A stretch of DNA of 64,000 nt from Saccostrea echinata (Eukaryota): contig NW_026889763.1 of the NCBI RefSeq assembly GCF_033153115.1, positions 15,128,001 to 15,192,000 of the forward strand, given 5' to 3'. This document shows, in pieces, positions 42,696 through 56,600 of the stretch; position 1 is the first letter of the stretch; every line of letters starts with the position of its first letter. The position numbers and the translations under genes are program-made. The notes below the pieces were generated by a model. It was not told the origin of the DNA and ran no database searches. It saw nothing but the letters and a program-made list of their open reading frames with translations.

Positions 42696-45600
42696 ATGTT
42701 TCGCTTAGTTTTGTTTATCTCCATTGGAATTTGTTTGTATGGGGTCCACTCTCACGATGGAGTAGACTGTCCGTACAAACCTACAGCAACAGAAAAATAC
42801 AACTACATGTTAGATTTGTCAGACAATGGAGAATATTTTCTTTTCTGGAAATTTAACGACTCGCATATCACTTTTGAAGTTCACGCCAAAACCCATGGAT
42901 ACGTCGGGTTCGGACTGTCAACTACTGGGCGGATGTACCCAGCTGATATCGTCACTGGGTGGGTCAAACCCGATGGATCAACGGTGTTTACGGTACGTTT
43001 GTCTTATAATGAATTTTTCTTTTAAATTTAAAAAATCAGTTCTGCAAAATTAATTTAAAAATGTACAGCTGATGAAAACAACTCTTTTAACATAAGTACT
43101 TTTCTATTTTTCATCTGATTTAGTTTAGGAAACGACCATTAATTCTCCTGTATATTATTCCACAATATTTAAGTAGTCCTTTTTAAAAAGATCCCAAAGC
43201 ATAAAACCACAAGTATATGATATAAAATTTACATTTCTAATATTTTTTCTTTAGATTCTTTACAAATAAGAATCTAATTAATTTTCTCATGAAGAGGCAT
43301 GGATGAGTATGAATATCGCAATGGCGTTAAAAATGTAGTACAGCCATTTTTTCCCTGATAAATAACAGTTCAATGACACAATTTGTGACTAGTCGATTAT
43401 ATAAATTATGTAAATATAATATATGAATTTAATTTTTGAAAATTCACTAGGAACGTGAAACAACAACGCTTCACGCCGGCATATTTATCTTCAAGCGCTT
43501 ATGCGCTTCATGAAATATGCCGGTGTGAAGCGTCGTGTAGTTCACGTCCATATAAATTATAAGAGGTATCTAAAACCCAGAAATATACAGATGAATCTTA
43601 ATTACATGTCTATATATAAAGGCTGGGTATTGGCTAGAGATTTCGTATTGCGATATATTGCGATATTTTTAACTGTATTGCGATATGTATTGCAATATTT
43701 TCAGCAAAAATTTAAATGGTATTTTCTTATTATGTTAACTTCCTTTTTACACGTAGAATGTATATAACTATGATGAATAACAAATAAAAGATATCTTGCT
43801 GATAGAATTACAGTTATGCAACTATATACAACCATAGACAAGCTTTTGCCTTACTGTTTGGCATGATCGCAAACCTTTTTGACAACTTTTCTTTACATTT
43901 TATGATAGAATTCCTGTCAGTGAGTCCAAGCATTTTGCCGGTATATCGGTATTTCAAAATTGCAATACGTATTGCAATACGATATTTTTTGTCAACATAC
44001 CGCAATATACAGGAATATCGGTATTATTGCCCAGCCCTACCGTATGTGTTTCTTTTCTTTGAGATGAAAATCTTAGTTGGTATTACTTGTAGTCAGTCCA
44101 GTTGTTTATGTATCAACTTTAACATGTTTGAGTTAGATTCAGTCAAAAATATTATGAAACAAGTTTTCTAAAGATCGCGAACAAATCAATTTTTCCTGAA
44201 GCATTAACTTTGTAAACAAATGGACTTTTTCCAACCGAAAATTAGTTGACTATTTTACATGTAGTTAAAAAACAATATATGTTTCTCCTTTTTTGTATTC
44301 ATTCAAGAATTTAAGGAATGTACTTCTGCTTCAGAAAGGAACACATTTTTGGGCCCCCTTTGTAAACTTCTCTATATTTCATACAACATATATATATATA
44401 TTACAAAGTCAAAATGTCGAAAAAAATTTCTATAGTACATTTAAAAAAAATAATGACGTAAATAAATACAGGAACTGCATGCAGAACAAAGTGATCCATC
44501 GAGTCATGTTCGCGCTAATGGTTACATCTGCCGGATACCTCGGATGGAATACTTGTGATCGGCTGCAGTCTATCTAGAAAAGTTTTAAGTTTCGACTATT
44601 TATCATACCCTAACACATTCTAAGCAGAATATACCGGTATTTTAGCTCAGTTTTAGCTTAATTACAGCCAGTTATTTCTGCATTTTAAAAATAAATTAAC
44701 TTATAAATATGCATGTTTATTGACTCCAACTCATAATATATGTGATTTAAGTGTATAAAAACTTGAAGTGACAATCAGATAGTATCACCTATCATAAACA
44801 TAAAATTTGGGTATGGGGTATGTGTTTTCGGTTTTTAAAATTTAATGTTTCGAACATTTTGAATGTAAGATTATGATAAGAAAACTTGCAACATATGTTT
44901 TTAACAAATGAACGTGATGGAAGTTTTTAAACTGCATATTTTATAAATGATAATATCTAAAAAAAAAAAAAATATTCTGAAGTCAATTGACTTTAAGAAT
45001 CATCACTGATCGTTATCTTTATATTTCATTCAGAATATTTTTGTAAAGATGTTTGTTTAATTCTCAATAACTGCCCCCGTCGAATTCTCCATAACAATCT
45101 TTATGTAGGCAGTAATCCGGTTCTCCGGGCTACAAAAACAATGCAAAGCATACTTTTCTAAAACGTTCGAAAGTAAGAATTAAGTTCAGTGTAACATATT
45201 TAATGGATTTTTATTTATTTATTCATTTATTTATTTTGCCTTTTAGGATCGCTTTAGTTCCGGGCACTTTCTACCCGAGAAGGACGCATCACAAGACTAC
45301 ATACTTCTCAGGGCGGAAGAAAATGAATTCGGCACTGTTCTTAAATTCGTGCGTGCTCTCGACACATGTGACTCAAAGGATATTACAGTTTCTGTAAGTC
45401 TTTTATTCAGTAAAAAAGTGTTTGATATATTTTTTTTTTATTAAGATTAATATTTTTGAGTATGGAATATTATTTTTCATTGTTTATTACATGTATATTA
45501 ACTATGCGATTAAAAAAAAACTAAGAGCGACGATATGTTTTCCGTTATTATTTTAATTTCCTTTCGTAAACCTAATGTAGCATGACACTTTGAGGGTCAT

Positions 45601-48600
45601 TTACGCCTACCACCCAGATGATCCTGAGTCCGACGACAGTTTATCTTATCACGGGGGCTCCAGGCGGGGGTTCAAAAGTGCTCGGCTACTGGAGGCTCGG
45701 GCCGAGATTCCTCAACTACCTGAGGACGTTAAATATTTTGACTTTCTCAACGGCATCAACGGAGAAAACAACCTGGTATGTATGAATTACTAAAGGGGAG
45801 CAAACTTTAATGGGATTAGACAGTGAATTATTACACAGCTTTGAAAGAAGACTCCTTAATTTAACGTCCAATATCATACTACTTTTTTTTTTAAATTCTT
45901 TCTGCATCGAATGAAAACTGTAGAATCTTTTTAGTCAGCAGACGTACATGTACAAACACACCTGACCACTCTTGCCACAAATAAAAATCAAAAGTGTCTC
46001 AAAAATAGTAAAACAAAAATGCACTAAATTCGAAAATTAAAATTCTACGAAAATGATACCTTTGGAAAAGCTTAAATCTCTTCCAGTTTCACTTGTTTTG
46101 CAGTTATTAATTCGTGAACAAAATGAAAAGTTTATCCCTTTAATTTGTACTAAAAAGACCTATAGCGTATGTCTGCAAGCAAGCTAGAGAAATTAATACA
46201 ATTAAGGCTTAATTTATCAGAATTTTTCATAGGAACAACCTTAACTAACTTTAAATGAATTTTATTAATTGTCTTTTAAGTTTAAAGTTCCAGCAAAGGA
46301 CACCTTCTATCACTGCACTACTTTCAACATGCCCGACATCGGTGGTAAACGTCACGTGATCAGGGTGAGTGGCAGAGTTTATTTCGAACACTCTTATCAA
46401 CTGTTTTCATTTTCTTGATTCTCATCAAAATAGTTTAATGCGAAATCCAAAAACATTGTTACAGTACGATCCAGTTTTGACTCCTGGAAACGAAAAAATA
46501 GTACACCATGTTGTTTTATACCGCTGTCGCGGAGAGGAACCAAATTTAGCCCATATGGATTATGACTGCTATGAACTCACTAAAGAATACCGCCCTCAGT
46601 GTCGATCCGTCTTCTTGATGTATGAAATCGGTGCAGGCGTAAGTATAAATGGGGTTCAGGTTTTTTTTTTGACAAGTTCTTCTTAAATGATAATTTACTA
46701 AATAAATCAAAAACAAATCAATCTCTGGAAGTTTTAATTTGAAGTTGAAATATTTCCTCTAGATATCCTGGGGTTACTTCAAAAGTTGATTATACGTGTA
46801 ATGTAAAATTACAAATTTGTTAATCACTAATGTGACAGAAACTCTTATTTTGTAAAGGGAAGCAAATTCGATTTTAAAGACTTAGACATCTAAAACTAAC
46901 CAAATATATGAAAGTAGACAGGGAAGAGGGTCCATTCTCCCACTTCTTTCTCTTCTTCCTTCTCTCTCTCTGTTCAGCCTTATCTTCCTCTTTTCTCCTC
47001 CATCCTTCCACTCCTTTTTATATAAGTCTGCTCCCAAACCCAGCTCTAATTTTACGTTATCTCACCTTTGTCAACTAAAGTTTACTGACAGAAACAGATC
47101 CGTATCAAATGTTTCCTGATTGATGCACTGAATGTAAATTTTTATCGCCCACTAAGGTTTATTGGTTCCATTTTAGTCCTTTATTTGGCCGGAGTATACT
47201 GGGATGTCATTGGGAGCGGAAGGTGACCCGACATTTTTCGTCATGGAGACCCATTACTCCAACCCAGACTTAAGAGATGGTAATACATGTATAATTAAAG
47301 TTATTAATTAGGTAGTGATGACTAAATTTTATGTCAGTAACAAAACTCGCCAAGATTTATGAGAGTTGTCTCTTGTTACAGATATTTTGGACAATTCGGG
47401 AATTCGAATCTTCTACACAAATAAGTTGCGTCAGTACGAGGCTGGAGTGATGGAAACAGGAATGGAAATAACTCTTACTCAATTTATTCCACCACACGAG
47501 TCCCAGTTCCTGTCAGAAGGCATTTGTTCACCTGAGTGTCTCAAAATGGTGTGTAAAAATGAGAGATATATTTTTCATTAACAAATATTAAATAAATATG
47601 GACATTTTTAAAACATCTTGTCTATTAATAACCAGGGTTTTCTTGACTACTCCAGGGATTACCAAACGCCACAGATGAAATTAAAGTATTTGCTCTTTTC
47701 CATCACTCACATCTACTTGCTAATGGAATGAAAACGAGGCTTATACGCAATGGAGTGGAACAACCGCCAATTGCAAACGACGAAAATTACGACTTCAATT
47801 TCCAAGCAGCTAACGTTTTGCAGAAAGAAATAACAATTAAATCGGTCAGTGTAAAACGCAAGGCCTCCATTCTTACACAAATGTTCAATATTCAGATGAA
47901 ATTGTTTCTTTGGTTGAATTATATGCTTATCATGACGGAATTTTCCTTCAATGACAGGGTGACAGTTTAATTATAGAGTGTAACTACAACTCTAAAACAC
48001 GGACCAATGTTACAATGGTAAGGTGCAAACATATATCAGTAAAGGCAAAATAAGAATTGTCAGGATTATCTGACATATTTTTAACTTCCTATATTCTTTT
48101 AAAAAATCATTGTAGAAAATAAGATTTTGCAAAAAACTGCCATATTCTTTTTTTTTGGTTCTGTGTCTTTAGGGAGGACTTGCCATCACAGATGAAATGT
48201 GTCTCTCCTTTTTAATGTACTACCCAAAAATCCCGGTCGATGCATGTCTGAGTTCCCCCGCCCATGACGCCCCGTCCGATTTTGCCATGGACCAAATGAC
48301 CATGTATCTAAAACACGTAGATCATCACTATGACAATCAAATGAATCAACTCACAAACTTGATCAACCATATTGACTGGATGGACCCCTCCGTGAGGTCA
48401 AAGTTCAGGAACAAATCACGCATGTCCGGTTTTGACAATCAATGTTTCTATAGAGGCAAAAAGGTAATATCTGGTTTAAAACTCTATACTTGCTACGTGC
48501 ACTGTTATACAGGAATTCAAAGGAATGGGTATGATAAAAACTGGCAAAAGGTATGTCTATGATTAAACAGACACTCTCTAAAGGCATGTCTATGATTAAA

Positions 48601-49238
48601 CAGACACTCTCTAAAGGTATGTCTACGATTGAACAGAAACTCTCTAAAGGTATGTCTACGATTGAACAGAAACTCTCACAAGGTATGTGTATAATTGAAT
48701 AGAAATGTCTGAAAGTAGAAGTAAGTTTGAAGACTTTCTTACAGTAAGTAGCACATATGTTTGAGCTGAAAAGGTACGTACATTTTAATATGACATGTAG
48801 AACAAAAGTTTCAAAATACCTGTTCACATTAGAACAAAAATATTCTTAGATGCAAGCTATGTCATAAGATCTCCAAATGTTTACTGTTTATAAGCTCACC
48901 AAAGGTGTACTGTTTATACCATCTCCATATGGGTGTACTGTTTTTTTTTAATATAAAATCTTAGATATCTGGAATGCTTGAATTAGAAAAAATAAAATAA
49001 TAAAAAAAAACCAAGCACATGTTTAACATGATTAACCTGTAATTACTTATTGCTGAGTTCATAATAGGTAGGGTGTAATCCTATTAAACAGCCATCAAAA
49101 TTTGATCGTCTTGAATGCATTCAAAATAAAAAAAGTCAACTCTTTTTTGAACAGGTGCTTGGTGATTACTTCAGAAGACCAGAGGTCAAAGTTCCATACA
49201 CAAATCCCAAGTCCAGTTGTGAAAAAGTAGACATCTGA
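42696..49238 (+). CDS. MOXD1: DBH-like monooxygenase (MOXD1 family): signal peptide, DOMON, copper type II monooxygenase N and C domains; 596 aa
   Basis: Exons 42696-42992, 45247-45393, 45581-45775, 46281-46364, 46465-46638, 47177-47279, 47382-47548, 47656-47844, 47958-48017, 48173-48463, 49155-49238; 1791 nt in frame. GYVGFGLS..M..ADIV (DOMON); VHH and ETHY (CuH); HSH and EMC (CuM); DNSG, YDFNFQ. Family call only, orthology uncertain. Confidence 0.93.
43448..43552. repeat. About 105-bp near-perfect palindrome (mini-foldback) in MOXD1 intron 1
   Basis: ACGTGAA..ACGCTTCACGCCGGCATATTT..AAGCGC / GCGCTT..AAATATGCCGGTGTGAAGCGT..TTCACGT. Confidence 0.8.
43618..44039. mobile_element. hAT-like MITE
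   Basis: GGCTGGG / CCCAGCCCTA ends, ATTGCGATA subterminal repeats; TSD degraded. Confidence 0.6.
48547..48712 (+). repeat. 33-bp minisatellite, about 5 copies
   Basis: AAAGGTATGTCTA(T/C)GATT(A/G)AACAGA(C/A)ACTCTCT repeated. Confidence 0.9.
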
Positions 49239-49424
49239 GATTATCCAAAGGGGAAACATTTGATTGCAATATACACCATATGTGATTTTTTTCAAACTAA
49301 AATGTGTTATAAATGCATCATGTAATCGTGAATTACACTGAAGATTACATTGTATTGCTGATTCGCAGTGAAGAAGACTTTTATCCCAAAATAATATTTT
49401 AACTATACTCAACTATCTTTGTTC

Positions 49425-49441
49425 AATAAAAATACTTTATT
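49425..49441. terminator. Back-to-back polyadenylation signals of two convergent genes
   Basis: AATAAA on + (49425-49430) and AATAAA on - (TTTATT at 49436-49441), between stops at 49238 and 49615. Confidence 0.5.
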
Positions 49442-49614
49442 CCAGAATATCACAGCATATACACCCATTTGATTATTCTACTGATACACATATAAATATT
49501 CAATTAATGTTGAGCTGCCGGTTTAGAGATACTTTTTGAAAATAAAACCGAATTTTTCACCATTTCCCCACTCCTGTCCCTTCAGAGATGGAGAATCTTC
49601 GGTTTTCCACCCAT

Positions 49615-52600
49615 TCAAATGATCGCACATGTATTTCTATCCGCTACGTGAGGATCGTACAGTGACCCCCGGGCTTTGTACCCCTGTGACGACCCCCGGG
49701 CCTCCAGGACCCTCCTGTTTTCCTCCGTTAGTTTACTGTATTCTTTACTGTTTCTTGCTTTGTCGATGTTCTTGGAGAGCTCAAACAAACACCAGTTAAC
49801 CAGGTTTACTGTGTGAAATGGCTACAGAAAAAAAAACGAAACGCATTTGATCTCTTGACAGATGGTAAAAATAATAAAATTTACATTGTAAATGAAGAGT
49901 TTAAATATTCATTCAAGAAGACATGAAGACTTTAACAGGATTGAAAGAGATTTCCCACTTCATGATATACAATGTATTTTTAACATTGTCCAAAATTTAC
50001 AAAAATACTCGGTATTAAAAATATTATACACCTATTTACTGGCTATGAGGACAATAGCAAGTTTATCGTTCCCCAAGACAGCAAATATTTCCCGAGGCGA
50101 AGCCGAGGGAAATAGTTGATGTCGAGGGGGACGATAAACTTGCTTTTGTTCGAATAGTCAGTAAATAAGTGTTTTATTATACCGAAGCAGTCTTTACTTG
50201 TGTTACGTCACAATCTGGATAAAACCAGAAGAGTTCCGAGATGAAAAGCGAGGGAAACAGAATGCTGCCGGTGAATAGTTTAATGACTATTTCACCATGG
50301 GCAAATAGCACAAAAACTATTCCACGGTAGGGGCTGTTTGGAAAAAATAGCAGGTTTATTTGTCATATTTTTTTTATAGAAAAAAATTCACAGAGGTATA
50401 ATAATAGATAATTATTAGCTTTCGATTTTCTGGCAAATTATATTCAGAACAGATGTTTTGATGTTTCTTTGCCTTACGACAGACTATGCCAGTAAGTCTG
50501 AACCACCAAGATATAAAATGATTTACCTGAACACAAAGTAGCACTTGGAACACTAGATCCGCCCTTTTCTTTAACGTCCATGACCGTGCTTTCTGTGCTA
50601 TACAGTATTCACATATCGTCAGTAGACGTTTCTGACAGTACATATCCGCTATCTTTAACACTTCTAATACATCAGCACTCTCAAAATCCACATGATCAGA
50701 GTACAAATAATCCAAAAACAACAGAAAACTCTCTGTTGTCATATTCGGGATTTCTATTTCCGTCAATTCGGATTTCGATTCTATAAAGTTCCCTGAAAAC
50801 ATTCTAGTCATGACTTCACATCTGGTTGAAAGCACAGCTTTATTGGCATAAAGTCTTTTACCTGGAAAAAAGGAAATGAATGACACTAAATTATATTTTC
50901 TGTAATCATTGATAATACACTGTAACTGCCATTATCAAATCATTCTCCCCCATTTTATTCACATTATCATTTAAAAGATATCTTGGAAAAAAATTAATTC
51001 TGTTTGATGACAACTATATTTTTAAGATGATTTATGGTTCAAAGTCGTTCTGGTAAACAATGCATGATATTGTAATACAAATAGATGTTATCGTGCTTGA
51101 TTTTATAAGTTGTACGAACCTTTGACTACAAACACCACGTCAGCAGTGTCCACACAATTCAGGAACAAGTCCCGCATTCTTTGTCCTGTCCGGTCACAAA
51201 TTGTACTGCAGAGGCTGGGATTCAGATATTCTCTTTCATTCAGAATATTTTCACAAATACATTTCAGTTCAATCAATTCAAACATCCTAGCAACATTGAT
51301 CAGATCCATGGCTAGTTCACGTCGCTCTTCCTCTTGACTGTGTTGAAACACAGAACCTGGAATTAATTTTAATCAGGCCAGTTTTGGAATATGAAAATTA
51401 AAAAGGTTTTTAGTCTTCTTGCAAATAGGTTTGAATTGATGGTTATCATCGTATTACCAGTATATAGAAACTCCATTAAAATCTTGAACACTTCCGGTGA
51501 AATTGAGCTCTCAATATGAATCGTGGAATGTCTGGATTTCTTATCCCGAGAGAAAGAAGACACTGGAGAGGCTATACTAGTAAATATCTAAACAAAATAT
51601 ATGGATTTATTTTCCATTATGGATACAAAGATTGCTTCAAAATCGTGAGATAAGGTGCATTAGGAAGTTTTAAGTGTCTTTTTTTTTTATTTATACATAA
51701 TTTTATGTAAGTGTCTTTAATTTATCACATATCATACTCTAATTATGTCTCCAAAACCAGAGACGACTGGAAATTAAAACTGACCTTTTCTGTCTGAAAC
51801 AATTTACAGAAAAATCCGGAAGCTGAACACAGAATAACCTGGTGGGCATTAAAATGGTGATCTTGTACTAGAAATGTGACGTCATAATGCTTGCCATCCA
51901 ATAGAGTCTCTAACCATTCCTCAGGAAATGTTGAAGATTCGATTTCAAAATCTGGAGGAACTTCTGAAAAATACAGTGTCAATGACTTTGAAGCATACAG
52001 ATGGACAATCAAAAATGTATCACAAAGAATGCTAAAATTTAAAAAATTGGTATAGTTGAAAATGTCTAGTGTCTACCTCCATTTGGATTTTGATGGGCAA
52101 GAGAAATATCCATTTAAGTTCTATACTGAGTATTTATTTTTGATCTATAGTTTATGACAATGAGTTAAGCTGACTTCAACTCAATTTTCTAAAAGGTACA
52201 TCAAATGACAGATTTCTTTAAAGGATGAGTCTACCTGGCGGTCGGACCATTTGCACGTGGACGTTAGACCGGGAACTACCAGGTATGCAGAAACAGACAG
52301 ATGTGGAGTTCTCTCCCCGGTCAAGGTTCAAATCGGCATACCTGACCTGTTTATAGAGAGATTTACACCCTAAGGCTCTTAATTCTTCTTAAAGAATCAG
52401 AGGAAAAATATTTCATAACCATAACATCGTATAATATGAATTTTATTCACTCTTCCTACTATATTCATTTCATTTGCATTAACTTACTATTCTGGGGCTA
52501 AATTGTCGCTTTTATAAATGTTCCTTAGGATACCAATGCTTTATAATTCCTATAAACTTACAGCTAAGTTGAAGCAATCTGTTACCCCCTCCGACAACAG

Positions 52601-53658
52601 AGCGCTAGTCTCGCAGTATAAATAATTATGTTGATCCGCCACCGCGCTTCCTTCTGCATAGGTCACGTGATTTGTTGCTGAAACTGAGGGATAAGACCGA
52701 AGATCTGCGAACACAAATAGTCATAACATACACATTCATTATTCATTTGAAAATGCATCTGCAGACTAATTCTTATAATGTTAAAGGAATGTGCATGCAT
52801 TGCACGCAGCAAGCATAAAATCAGCGACCAGTTACTAAGTACGTTATCCATAATGAAATGCTTAATATTGTTCTCGAAATATTTTGAAGAGCAAATATTG
52901 TGGACGGTCGGGATATGTTTATTTTCATTGAAAACACTTTAAGTCTTATCTACCTTACCGGTTTTACAGGCTACCAGGACCACGGGGACGTAAGGGAAGC
53001 TGGTCCTGAGTTGAGGGAGCCATTTCTGTACCAGAGAGGTGAAGGAGTGTCGGTCATCCACTGAGAAACACAACACGAACACGTCCGAGGTCAGACTAGG
53101 GGTGGGGGAGTGTAGCTGCTCACACTGCTCTATCTAATTTCATTATCAATCAGAAACAGGATTTTTTGACATTTCACAGACAGACAAAAGGGAAGTGAAA
53201 TTACTCCAAAAATGTTTGGGATTTGTTAAAAAAAATAATCATATATACATGCGCTAAAGTTTAATTCATGATATAAAAAAAATGTTTAGCGAATTTTTAT
53301 GAATAAATAAAATTGAGGTCAGAGACCTTTACAGAGCATGACTAAAAAGTATGCTTTTTTACAAATAAATTAATAATTTCCTGTCAACATGATACCTTCA
53401 ATAGATCTTCAAGTTTAATGACCACTTAGAACTGTCATACTTTATGTTTTTGGAGTTATTAGTACTACTACTTACCTTTTTCGTGTCCCATACAGAATAG
53501 GTGTAAGATTTCCCGTCAATCCGCGTTCTGACAATTGTTGGATCCGCCAACTGAGGAACTTTCCGATATGGGAACTTGTGTTTGGTCTTCACCAGAATGA
53601 GGCTGGTTTTCCCCACGGAGTCCCCACCCAGAACCACAACCTTTAGACAATTTTCCAT
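49615..53658 (-). CDS. Divergent RhoBTB paralog with degenerate GTPase domain, two BTB domains and CAAX; 566 aa
   Basis: Exons 53476-53658, 52959-53133, 52562-52704, 52235-52346, 51785-51963, 51458-51587, 51120-51356, 50527-50861, 49615-49821; 1701 nt in frame; same intron phases as the 17269-22061 gene (exons 1 and 7 are the same length); ends CAII*. Confidence 0.9.
50011..50184. mobile_element. About 170-bp palindromic foldback element (possibly Crypton-related)
   Basis: Arms TATTTACTGGCTAT..AGCAAGTTTATCGT.CCC / GGGACGATAAACTTGCT..ATAGTCAGTAAATA around CCGAGGCGAAGCCGAGG. Confidence 0.6.
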
Positions 53659-56600
53659 TCCTGAAATGCGTATAATACAATAGCAATTTGATAAGGTTGG
53701 TCACCATAACAATTAACAGATCATAATTCCACGTGAAAATGCAGGTGTGCCACATTTACGGAGAGCAGGAATCTAGAAATCTGTCCTCTCACCTCAATCA
53801 TGACCCGGACTGATTTTTTTTTTCTTTATTGATGAAATTGTGGTAGTATGGTCGATTGGTTATGTTCAATAGCCGTGAGAAATATAGCGATATTCTGTTT
53901 GTAAACAAAACCACATTTCTTTGTTGACAATCACAACAATATGGACAGAGGAGAAATGAGCTTATCCTAATCTCCTACCATTACGTAAAATCATAGATAA
54001 ACAGAGTTAGTAGATATAAAGAATAGCAGTGGGGGTCACTTACCGGGTTATAATGAAAAAAGAGAGTATAGAATTAAACATTTTCACATATCCATGCGGT
54101 ATACATTAATACATGTATACATACATAGAATTCGCGCCACACTGTCCATCGCCTTCAATTAAGAAAAGGACTTTTAAATTATTGATTTTTAAGTTTTATG
54201 TGTATCTTTACAGCTTACCTTTATTTCTGAATTACTTAAGAACATATTTTCAAAATTCCTCACACTCGCAAAATGTTTACATATTTTATCAGTTCGTGGC
54301 TTGGTGCCCATAAAAAATTTCATCAAATTCAGTGTTCTCTTTATCAAGTATTTTACGTAAAATGACCGGTCGCTAGCCAAGTATAATGTACTGTATATGT
54401 AAATGTAGATCAAGAGATAAGTTGGTCAGATTGTCCCTTTGGCTACCTATTATTACAATGCCATGAATAATTAGTATCTCGCCACATTTGTCTTATAGTC
54501 TAGAGTTATCTATCTTGCATATACATTCTCAGAATTAGCAATTTATGAACGTTGGTTGATTTTTTTACATATATACACAACTGTATCTGTGATAAGATAA
54601 ATTATTATCAATCAATCATCGTTACCACATTGGATTTCTTCATATGACTACATATACGCGCTTTAATAATGTTCATTCACACTTTCATATTTGTGTCACT
54701 CGGGTTACCGGAATCTACGTTTGACCTACGCTGGAGGACAAAATGGATAAAATGTTTACAAATGGGTATCTCCAATCCACCATGTACACAAAATCCCAAC
54801 AGAATGGATCTGGATTTTAAATTGTTTCAAAATACGTAATTAAGTATAGATACTTACATGTCCACATAATCATGTACTATATCCTGAATTAGGTCACCAG
54901 GTGAAATATAAAAAAAAAACCCGGCAACAATTATCAAGGGCGGTGTTCAACTAAGACATGGAGGAATTTTTGTAACACAGCACACAGGGCAAAATACGAT
55001 CTTTTTAATTTTGACTTTTCTACCTCTGGTGTCTCAGTTGAGCGGGTATAATACATGACATTGTATATATCTATTTGTCCCCTCCACGGACCAATAGGAA
55101 TAGAGTTTATATGTATAAACCAGCCTTTACATCATATCTCGAAAATTCCTTCGTTTCAATGTTGCACATGGCCGTAGGAACCGGGGGAGGGGGCACGGGG
55201 AAGGCCGATATATAGAATACTATACTTTTTTTTGGCTTGTCAAAGAATTTGTGGTAGTTGATAGGTTGATATCATAGTGCCCCCAACTGAAAATGTATGG
55301 TTGTGCCCCCCCCCCTCCCTTCACTGAAATTGCTTCCTTCGCGGGGCTTGTTGCACATATCAAGTATTCCTCCACTTTTTAAGAACAGCGGTCAGTATGT
55401 TTTCTCATGTGGCTAAAATATTAAGAACTCTGTCAGATTACAGAACTGAATGATAAATATATTATATTAATTAAGTAGCACTGGCATTTATCTTGGTAGA
55501 GTGGCGCATGTCACTTTAGAACAGAGGGAAGATTAATGCTTCTTGCTAAAATTTGTCTTAATTTGGACATTTTCAGCGTTTTGGTAAGCATTTATTTATT
55601 CATACTTTATTTTCTCTCCAATGAGAATTAAATGAATACATGTACATACATGCAGTTACATGTAAAGCATACAATATTATAAATACATACACATAGAACA
55701 CAAAATATTACTCATATTATGCAAATAGCTGCAGATATGTAGCTCGCTGGTCTAAAAAGGAAATGGGATGGACAGAGCGGTACAGTGCCACCCATTGACA
55801 CAAAGTGGATATTAATTACGCACAAAAAATTGCGCTGTATCTTGAATTATTTCTCCATATATTTCAAGATATTCCTAACATTCTCTTTTGCTACTTTCCC
55901 TCATGCACGGTTAGTTACATTTTGAAAATGACAGTGCATGTATATATACAAACTTTTCGATGGTCTAAATTTCATACCCAGTAGAGCAATTAATAACTGT
56001 TTGGGGGAATTTTTTGTTTTCGAAGTTAGTAAGAGAATATGCTATGAACACACGGTTAGTAAAATTTTAAGATGGAAGCTTAAATAAAAGGAGAAATATA
56101 AATCGAGAAAACAGCGCATTTTTTTTTTGTGCGCAATTTTACACTTTCTTCAAAGAGTGGCACTGTATATCTCTCTGGCCGTCCATCCCTTTCAGACCAG
56201 CGAGCTACAGATCTGCAGCTAATTATCCAAAATGACATAAAACACAAGGAGAGGGTGATAAATAACAGAAATAAATCAAGAATTTGCATATATTTACAGA
56301 ATTCAATTTTACTTAAACACAAGCAAAAGTGACTCGCATAAATTTTATATCAAATTCACATGAATTTTATGTGAATTCTTTGCATGACAAAGAGACGAAA
56401 AACAAGACATGTGAAAGGATTTATGTGAAAACTTCATGAAATTTTGACATAACTTTCATATGAATTTTCAGTGAAGAGCACATAAATATCATGCAATTAA
56501 GAAAACCCACATGAAAGATCTAAAAAAAAAAGTGAATATCATACAAACCAATTCACATGATATTCGCATGAAAAATATTTTTATGAATTTTTACATGATT

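Noticed and set aside
48405-48827. 140-aa minus-strand ORF with repeats
   Set aside because: A by-product of the 33-bp minisatellite.
55167-55350. Small GC-ended MITE with TGTTGCACAT direct repeat
   Set aside because: TIR and TSD boundaries are ambiguous.
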